64,000 bases of DNA, taken from positions 549 to 64,548 of the forward strand of contig JAAVDE010000037.1 of assembly GCA_014801955.1 (NCBI GenBank), in the 5' to 3' direction. This DNA is from Bacteroides sp. (GTDB lineage: Bacteria > Bacteroidota > Bacteroidia > Bacteroidales > Muribaculaceae). The position numbers and the translations under genes are program-made. Shown in pieces: positions 54,581 to 61,599 of the stretch (positions are counted from its first letter, which is position 1; each line of letters opens with the position of its first letter). A model generated the notes under the pieces. It searched no databases and was not told where the DNA came from. It worked only from the letters and a program-made list of their open reading frames with translations.

Positions 54581-55288
54581 ATGAGAGTAACAAAGGGAAT
54601 ACAATGGTCGTTAGACGCGATGCGAACCGTGGTGTTCGTGTTGTCGGCTCTGCTGATTGCCTATATCAGCTACGACACTTTCACAGGGCGCGACTTTCTA
54701 CACAATGTCGCCTACATGCGCTTCCAGTTCTGGATGTGCGTTTTCTTCATCGTTGACTTTTTCTATGAGCTGGTGTTCGCGCCCGACCGGCGCCACTATC
54801 TGCGAACGCGCTGGCTGTTCCTGTTGCTGTCGATTCCGTATCTGAACATCATAACCTACATGCAGCTGCCGGTAACGGCCGACGAAATCTATTGGGTGCG
54901 CTTCATTCCGCTGGGGCGCGCGACTATGGCGCTGGCAATCGTTGTTGGCTACCTGTCGAAAAACAAGGTCAGCTCGATTCTTGCCAGCTACATAATGATT
55001 CTCGTTGCGTTCGTTTATTTCGGCTCGATAATCTTTTTCAACGCCGAACACGGGCCGAACCCCGACGTCCACAGCTACTGGAACGCCCTCTGGTGGGCAT
55101 GCATGGACACGACGACCATCGGCTGCGACATTCAGCCGGTAACGGTTGTCGGCAAGGTGGTTTCCGTCGTTTTGGCAATCATGGGGATTCTGATGTTCCC
55201 GCTCTTTACCGTCTACGTTACCTCGATGGTTACTCGCGTTGCTCAAGCGCATCGTTCAGCTCCCGGCGAGCCGACGGACGGTCAATGA
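54581..55288 (+). CDS. Ion-transport (K+-channel-like) membrane protein with a non-canonical pore signature
   Basis: It has the 6-TM-like voltage-sensor/pore layout. The P-loop reads WWACMDTTTIGCDIQP instead of TxGYGD. Confidence 0.7.
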   Translation: MRVTKGIQWSLDAMRTVVFVLSALLIAYISYDTFTGRDFLHNVAYMRFQFWMCVFFIVDFFYELVFAPDRRHYLRTRWLFLLLSIPYLNIITYMQLPVTADEIYWVRFIPLGRATMALAIVVGYLSKNKVSSILASYIMILVAFVYFGSIIFFNAEHGPNPDVHSYWNALWWACMDTTTIGCDIQPVTVVGKVVSVVLAIMGILMFPLFTVYVTSMVTRVAQAHRSAPGEPTDGQ

Positions 55289-56348
55289 CGTAGCGCTCGT
55301 AGTAGCTGATGAGCAGGGCGGTCATCGGCAGGGCTATAATCATTCCGAGCACTCCGAGCAGCGACCCCCAGACCGAGAGCGACAGCAGAATCAGCGCCGG
55401 GTTCAGCCCCATTGCCGAGCCCATGATTTTGGGCGTCAGAAACAGGTCCTGGATGCACTGAACAACGATGTAGACCACCATCGCCTCGCCAAACGTTATC
55501 CAAAAGCCGGAGGCGTTTTCAACGCTATAGATCAGGCAGAGCAGGGCGGTTATGGGAATCGACATCAGTTGCAGGTAGGGCACCATGTTGAGCAGGCCGA
55601 TGAACAGGCCGAGAACTATTGCCAGCGGAAGCCCAACGATCAGGAAGCCTATGGAAAAGAGAATGCCAACGATGAAGGCTATCAGCGACTGGCCGCGGAA
55701 ATAATGGTTCATTGCGCGCTGCAGGTCGCGGCCGAGGGTGTTGGCCTGCTTGCGGAAGGCCGGCGGAACGATGGCCTTGAAGCCGCGGTCAATGCGGTCG
55801 TAGTCGAGCATGATGAATATAACGTAGAGCACGACCAGCGCCCAGTTGAAAATGCTGATGATAAAGGTGATGCTATGGTTCAGCAGCTTAACGGCGCCGT
55901 TGCCGATGCTGACCCAGTCGGTGTCGGACATAACAGCCGACAGGCTGCCGAAGTCGATGTTTTCCTTCAAAAAGCGGTGAACGCTCTCGGGAATGAAGGG
56001 CACCGCCTGGTTCGAGGAAACGTATTCGTTAATCAGCGCGCTGACCTGGTGCGTTTCGGCGATAATCGACGGAATGAACAGCCAGCCGAGAATCATCATT
56101 GCGAAAAACACGCCGAAAAAGGTTACGAACACGGCAACGACCCTCCCCTTCAGGTTTAGCAGCCGGCGGTTGAACTGAACCATCGGCTCCAGAATGTAGG
56201 CGATAACGACGGCCACTCCGAACGGGAGCAGAACGTCGCGCAGATAGTAGACCAGCCAGAGTGCTATTCCGAAAATAAGCGCTCCGAGCATCATGCGCAC
56301 AACGCGGTCAAACGTGAACGGCCGTTGGCCAAAGGCTTTGTCTTTCAT
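55230..56348 (-). CDS. AI-2E family transporter (PerM/YhhT-like)
   Basis: 8-TM protein with a conserved C-terminal LLGVLGMIIALPMTA block. The start is set at MKDKAFGQ (ATG 56348), downstream of a TAACTTTG box. The 3' end overlaps the convergent channel gene by 59 nt. Confidence 0.85.
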   Translation of the reverse strand: MKDKAFGQRPFTFDRVVRMMLGALIFGIALWLVYYLRDVLLPFGVAVVIAYILEPMVQFNRRLLNLKGRVVAVFVTFFGVFFAMMILGWLFIPSIIAETHQVSALINEYVSSNQAVPFIPESVHRFLKENIDFGSLSAVMSDTDWVSIGNGAVKLLNHSITFIISIFNWALVVLYVIFIMLDYDRIDRGFKAIVPPAFRKQANTLGRDLQRAMNHYFRGQSLIAFIVGILFSIGFLIVGLPLAIVLGLFIGLLNMVPYLQLMSIPITALLCLIYSVENASGFWITFGEAMVVYIVVQCIQDLFLTPKIMGSAMGLNPALILLSLSVWGSLLGVLGMIIALPMTALLISYYERYVIDRPSARRELNDALEQRE

Positions 56349-56462
56349 ATCGGCTTCTTCTGATAATGTGTTGGCAGTTGAGTGAATTTGTGCGTGCAAA
56401 ATTAAGAAATTTCCATTGATTTTGCGTAACTTTGCAAGCAAATAAACCAATTTATCATTGCA

Positions 56463-58166
56463 ATGACTACAAAATCACAAAAAACCGTTCTTTCCGACCA
56501 GGCCTGGGCCCGCTGGACCGCCCTGCTGCTGCTGGCGCTCGGAATGTTTTGCGCCTACATCTTCATGGATGTTATGTCGCCTATCAAATCGCTCGTCCAG
56601 AGTCAGTTGGGCTGGGACAATACTGCGTTCGGAACGATGCAGGGTTCCGAAACCTTCCTCAACGTGTTTATCTTCTTCCTGATTTTCGCAGGTATTATTC
56701 TCGACAAAATGGGCGTGCGCTTCACCGCGCTGCTCTCGGGCGTCGTAATGGTTGTCGGAGCAACCATCAACTGGTATGCCGTTACCGACATGTTTGCCGG
56801 CTCGAGCCTGGAGGTTTGGTTCACCGAGCATCTTAACTACATTCCCGGCTTCGACGAGCTGGGCGTTTCGCCGTTCTACGAGGGCATGCCCGCTTCGGCC
56901 AAGTTCTCGGCCATCGGTTTCATGATTTTCGGCTGCGGCGTTGAAATGGCCGGCATCATGGTCAGCCGCGGCATCGTCAAGTGGTTCAAGGGCCGCGAAA
57001 TGGCCCTGGCAATGGGCTCGGAAATGGCTCTGGCTCGCCTGGGCGTTGCGACCTGCATGATTTTCTCGCCGCTGTTTGCGTCGATTACCGGCACTCCGAA
57101 GGTGTCGTCGGCAGTGGCTTTCGGCGTTGTTATGCTGATGATTGCGCTGATAATGTTTATCGTTTACTTCTTCATGGACGCCAAACTCGACTCACAGACC
57201 CATGAGGCCGAAGAAAAAGACGACCCCTTCCGTATTTCCGACCTCGGTCAGATTCTGACCTCGAGCGGCTTCTGGCTGGTTGCGCTCCTGTGCGTTCTCT
57301 ATTATTCCGCGATTTTCCCCTTCCAGAAATATGCCGTCAACATGCTTCAGTGCAACCTGACGCTGACCCCCAACCCCGCCGAATCGTTCTGGGGTTCGCA
57401 GGCCCAGACGGTTCTCCAATATGTTGTCATGCTGCTTTGCGCCGCTTCGGCCTTCGTTTCGAACTTTTCGAAGAATAAGGCTATGAAGGGCGGCATGTTG
57501 ACCCTGTCGGTTGTTCTGCTGGTGCTTTACTGCTGGATGGGCTATATGTGTCAGTCGGCAGCCGCGATTTTCGCCGTGTTCCCGCTGCTGGCAGTCGGCA
57601 TCACCCCGATTCTCGGCAAATTCGTTGACCATAAGGGCAAGGCCGCCTCGATGCTCGTTTTCGGCTCGCTGCTGCTGATTGCCTGCCACCTGACGTTTGC
57701 CTTCGTCCTGCCCGCGGTTAAGAGCAGCCCGGTCGGCGGCGTTGTTGTTGCCTATCTGACCATTCTGGTGCTGGGCGCTTCGTTCTCGCTGGTGCCTGCG
57801 TCGCTCTGGCCTTCGGTGCCCAAGCTCGTCGATGCCAAAATCATCGGCTCGGCCTACGCGCTGATTTTCTGGATTCAAAACATCGGCCTCTGGCTCTTCC
57901 CGCTGCTGATCGGCAAGGTGCTCGACGCAACCAACCCCGAAATCGTCAAGGCCGTTGCCGACGGAACCATGACCGAGGCGCAGGCGTCGGTCAGCTACGA
58001 CTATACCTGGGCGCTCGTAATGCTCGCCGCGCTCGGCGTTGCCGCGCTGCTCATCGGCCTTTGGCTCAAGGTGATTGACCGCAAGCACCACCTCGGCCTC
58101 GAAGAACCGAACATCAAGCCCTCGATGCAGGCCGAAGAGGCTGAAGTTGCCGATGCCGAACTCTAA
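56463..58166 (+). CDS. MFS transporter
   Basis: 12+ TM helices, 567 aa, with a typical MFS N-terminus (WTALLLLALGMFCAYIFMDVMSP). Confidence 0.85.
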   Translation: MTTKSQKTVLSDQAWARWTALLLLALGMFCAYIFMDVMSPIKSLVQSQLGWDNTAFGTMQGSETFLNVFIFFLIFAGIILDKMGVRFTALLSGVVMVVGATINWYAVTDMFAGSSLEVWFTEHLNYIPGFDELGVSPFYEGMPASAKFSAIGFMIFGCGVEMAGIMVSRGIVKWFKGREMALAMGSEMALARLGVATCMIFSPLFASITGTPKVSSAVAFGVVMLMIALIMFIVYFFMDAKLDSQTHEAEEKDDPFRISDLGQILTSSGFWLVALLCVLYYSAIFPFQKYAVNMLQCNLTLTPNPAESFWGSQAQTVLQYVVMLLCAASAFVSNFSKNKAMKGGMLTLSVVLLVLYCWMGYMCQSAAAIFAVFPLLAVGITPILGKFVDHKGKAASMLVFGSLLLIACHLTFAFVLPAVKSSPVGGVVVAYLTILVLGASFSLVPASLWPSVPKLVDAKIIGSAYALIFWIQNIGLWLFPLLIGKVLDATNPEIVKAVADGTMTEAQASVSYDYTWALVMLAALGVAALLIGLWLKVIDRKHHLGLEEPNIKPSMQAEEAEVADAEL

Positions 58167-58908
58167 CGGAATCGCCTATAATTTCACGCCCGGCAAGGGC
58201 GCTCCGGTCGTTATTATGCACGGCTGGGGCTGCTCGCGCCAAACCGTGGCCTCCATCGAGGCCGCGGTTCGCTCGCTCGGGCGCCCGGTGCTGAACGTGG
58301 ACTTTCCCGGCTTTGGCGAGTCGCCCGAGCCGGCAGCCGTTTGGGGAACCGACGATTATGCGCGCGCCATCGAAACGCTGCTCGACCGCCTGGCCATCGG
58401 CGGCGACGCCGTTCTGCTGGGCCATTCGTTCGGCGGCCGCGTTGCCATAACGATTGCCTCGCGCCGCCCGGTGGGCAAGGTCGTTTTGGTCGATGCGGCC
58501 GGCGTCAAGCCCCGTCGCTCGCTGAAGTATTACGCAAAGGTCTATTCGTTCAAGGCGAAGAAAAACTTGCTGAAGCTCGTTTGCGGCAAGGAGCGCGCCG
58601 AAAAGATTCTTGACCGCCTCAGGGCTAAGGCCGGGTCGAGCGACTATCGCAACTCGTCGCCGAAGATGCGCGCCATAATGAGCCGCGTCGTCAACGAGGA
58701 CCTCTGTCACCTGATGCCGCAGATAAAGGCTCCGACGCTGCTGGTCTGGGGCGAGGCCGACACGGCCACTCCCCTGGCCGACGCCAAAATCATGGAGCGA
58801 CTCATCCCCGACGCCGGGCTGGTCAGCTTTCCCGGTGCCGGCCACTATAGCTTCCTTGACCGCCCCGGGCAGTTCGTGGCGGTGCTCACTTCATTTTTGA
58901 ACTCATGA
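58153..58908 (+). CDS. Alpha/beta hydrolase
   Basis: VVIMHGWG oxyanion region, GHSFGG nucleophile elbow, and a C-terminal GAGHYSF His motif. ATG 58153 overlaps the MFS gene 3' end. Confidence 0.85.
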   Translation: MPNSNGIAYNFTPGKGAPVVIMHGWGCSRQTVASIEAAVRSLGRPVLNVDFPGFGESPEPAAVWGTDDYARAIETLLDRLAIGGDAVLLGHSFGGRVAITIASRRPVGKVVLVDAAGVKPRRSLKYYAKVYSFKAKKNLLKLVCGKERAEKILDRLRAKAGSSDYRNSSPKMRAIMSRVVNEDLCHLMPQIKAPTLLVWGEADTATPLADAKIMERLIPDAGLVSFPGAGHYSFLDRPGQFVAVLTSFLNS

Positions 58909-60488
58909 TTCTATCCATTGTTGCGCTGACTCTTTGCGCCCTGGCCCTGGTGGCCGAATTTAGCCGCACCCTGATGCTGGTGCAGCAGAACTCATATCGT
59001 ATTGACCGTTTCCGCCGCTCGCTGGCAGCGATGGGCGATTCGACTTCGTTTGCCAAACTGTTTGGCATCGTCTTTGCCCTGGCCGCAACGATTCGCGGTG
59101 TTCCCGAAGTTATGGCGCTCGCCGGCCTTGGTCTCTTCTCCCTGATAATGGTGATTCTTCGGCTCAGCGCCCGCCGCAAGTATAAGCACCCGCTGGTATG
59201 GACCCCGCGTGTCCGCCGCATTTTCGGTGTTATGCTGCTGTTGGTAGCTCTGATTGCCGTCGGGGTTTCATTCATGCCCCAGGGCCGCTGGGGCTGGGCC
59301 CGCGTCTATGCGATTCTGGCAATGTTTTTGTGGGTCAAGGCCGACTGGGTCGCCATCGCCGCCCTTTGGCTGCTCAAGCCGGTTGAAAAGAGCATCAATC
59401 AGCGCTATATCAACGACGCCAAGCGTATTCTCGCCTCCATGCCCGACCTGACGGTTATCGGCATCACCGGCTCCTATGGCAAAACCTCGACCAAACACTA
59501 TCTGCACCGCATCCTGTCGGAGCAGTTTGCCGTTTGCATGACTCCCGGGTCGTTTAACACCACCCTCGGCGTTGTGCGAACGATCCGCGAATATCTCAAG
59601 CCGTTCGACCGCGTGTTTATCTGCGAAATGGGCGCCAAGCAGCCCGGCGACATCAAGGAAATCTGCGACCTGGTTCATCCCTCGGTCGGCATCATAACTG
59701 CCGTTGGCCCGCAACACCTCGAATCGTTCAAGACCATCGAAAACGTTCAGGCCACCAAATTCGAGCTCATCGACTCGCTGCCGGCCAACGGCCTGGCGGT
59801 GCTTAACAATGATTTCGAATATGTTGCCAACCGCCCCGTAGGCAACGTTGAGGCCGTTCGCTATGCCATCGAGCCGTCGGCCGACACGCTCTTCTCCGTT
59901 GCCGACATCCGCTATTCCGCCACCGGGACTGACTTCACCGTCCTTACGCCCGACGGCGAGTTGAAGCTCCACACTCGCCTGGTTGGCGAATGTAACGTTT
60001 CGAATCTCGTTGCCGCCGTTATCGTTGCGCTGCGTCTGGGCGTCGACAGCCGCCGCATAGCCTATGCCGTTGAGCAGATCGAGCAGGTCGAACACCGCCT
60101 GTCGGTCAAACGCACCGCCGGCGGCATTACGATTCTCGACGACGCCTTCAACTCCAACCCCGCCGGCTCGGCAATGGCGCTCGACGTTCTGGCCTCCCTG
60201 CCTGGTCGTCGGTTCGTGATTACGCCCGGCATGATTGAACTCGGTGACCGACAGGAAGAACTCAACGCCGACTTTGGCCGCAAAATCGCCGCCTCGGCCG
60301 ACGTTGCCATCATCGTTGGCCGCTACAACCGCGACGCCATTGTCGCCGGCATCGAATCCGCCAAAAACGCCGCCCTCGAGCTCCACACCGTCGACACCTT
60401 CGCCCAGGCTCAGGCCCTCATGCTCTCCCAAGCCCGCCCCGGCGACGCCGTCCTCTACGAAAACGACCTCCCCGACACCTTCAAATAA
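58905..60488 (+). CDS. Mur ligase family protein (MurF-like) with an N-terminal multi-TM domain
   Basis: P-loop GITGSYGKTSTK and Mur ligase central and C-terminal domains (ITPGMIELG, GDAVLYENDLPDTF). The first ~170 aa consist of 4-5 hydrophobic helices instead of the usual MurF N-domain. Confidence 0.75.
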   Translation: MILSIVALTLCALALVAEFSRTLMLVQQNSYRIDRFRRSLAAMGDSTSFAKLFGIVFALAATIRGVPEVMALAGLGLFSLIMVILRLSARRKYKHPLVWTPRVRRIFGVMLLLVALIAVGVSFMPQGRWGWARVYAILAMFLWVKADWVAIAALWLLKPVEKSINQRYINDAKRILASMPDLTVIGITGSYGKTSTKHYLHRILSEQFAVCMTPGSFNTTLGVVRTIREYLKPFDRVFICEMGAKQPGDIKEICDLVHPSVGIITAVGPQHLESFKTIENVQATKFELIDSLPANGLAVLNNDFEYVANRPVGNVEAVRYAIEPSADTLFSVADIRYSATGTDFTVLTPDGELKLHTRLVGECNVSNLVAAVIVALRLGVDSRRIAYAVEQIEQVEHRLSVKRTAGGITILDDAFNSNPAGSAMALDVLASLPGRRFVITPGMIELGDRQEELNADFGRKIAASADVAIIVGRYNRDAIVAGIESAKNAALELHTVDTFAQAQALMLSQARPGDAVLYENDLPDTFK

Positions 60489-60555
60489 CCCCCCATAAAT
60501 CAGGTGTTCATAAACTTGCTAATATCCTGCGGCTTGTTGTGACGTCGCAATTGCT

Positions 60556-61314
60556 ATGATAATGAAAAGTCGCGATACATCAAAATATTATCTCTATATA
60601 GACGAGTGTGGAGATCATCAGTTGGATAAATTCAATCCGAATTTTCCGATTTTTACTTTATGTGGCTTTTTGGTGCCTGGTAATAAACTTGAATTATTAG
60701 AGGCTGCGGTTAAAAGTTTTAAGCGTGAGTTTTTCAATGATGAAAATGTAATCATTCATTCACGCGACATACGTAAACAAGAAAAGGATTACTCCATTTT
60801 ACAATACCCTGATGTCCGCAAGAGGTTCTATGAGGGTATCAATAACATTCTTGGCCAACCGGGAGTGTATGTAATCGTTTGCTGTTCAATATTGAAAGAA
60901 CCATTTGTTGAACGGTTCAGTCGGGGAGAGGATGTATATGGTCTTTCACTTAAATATCTTATTGAGCGAGCAATCTTTTGTATGGATGATAATATAGAAG
61001 GAGGAACGCTTGATGTTTATATTGAACGTAGAGGCATAAAGCAAGACCGGGCATTACTGAATTATTATAACCGACTGAGGGCAAAAGGTACAAAATGGGT
61101 AACGGCCGATCGGTTAGTTTCCCGATTAGGCCGATTTGTTTTTAGCTATAAGAAGGATAATATAATAGGTTTGCAACTCGCTGACTTAATAGCATACCCG
61201 ATAACTCGATACGTACTTGACCCTAAAGCCTTGAATCCGGCGTATGAAATAATCCGAGATAAAATATACACGTACAAAGGGGCTATATTGGGTATGAAAG
61301 TTATACCACACTGA
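60556..61314 (+). CDS. DUF3800 domain-containing protein
   Basis: YYLYIDECGDH N-terminal acidic motif, IIGLQLADLIAYPI C-terminal motif, 252 aa, strongly low GC. Confidence 0.7.
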   Translation: MIMKSRDTSKYYLYIDECGDHQLDKFNPNFPIFTLCGFLVPGNKLELLEAAVKSFKREFFNDENVIIHSRDIRKQEKDYSILQYPDVRKRFYEGINNILGQPGVYVIVCCSILKEPFVERFSRGEDVYGLSLKYLIERAIFCMDDNIEGGTLDVYIERRGIKQDRALLNYYNRLRAKGTKWVTADRLVSRLGRFVFSYKKDNIIGLQLADLIAYPITRYVLDPKALNPAYEIIRDKIYTYKGAILGMKVIPH

Positions 61315-61425
61315 AAAGAAAAAGGGAGGTCTCTAAACCTCCCTTCCAATCGGTATACCCCGATTTCTAAAATCGTTGCTTATGCCCCGAAGTATTTCTT
61401 TTATAGGGGGAAACTCAGACCCCGA
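61314..61425 (-). ncRNA. Candidate small RNA (~110 nt) convergent with the DUF3800 gene
   Basis: On the minus strand, TTTG (61462-61459), N19 and TAACTTTG (61439-61432) form a promoter. About 80 nt with no ATG follows, containing three UCGGGG motifs and the hairpin AATCGG-GGTATA-CCGATT. The unit ends in a terminator GGGAGGTTTAGAGACCTCCC + TTTTTCTTTT (61343-61314). Confidence 0.45.
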
Positions 61426-61545
61426 GTATTGCAAAGTTAGCAATAATTTCGGAATCTACAAAATTATAACAAAAAATTACGTTTAAGTTTTTTACAAGAG
61501 TTTGTTGTGGATGAGGCGAGGCCGCCTCCTTTCCCGGTTCTATGG

Positions 61546-61572
61546 CAAAAAAAGGGAGGCCGAAGCCTCCCC
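61546..61572 (-). terminator. Rho-independent terminator of the T9SS cargo gene
   Basis: On the minus strand: GGGAGGC-TTCG-GCCTCCC followed by T7. Confidence 0.85.
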
Positions 61573-61599
61573 CGATCGTGTGTTTTAGTAATAGATCGG

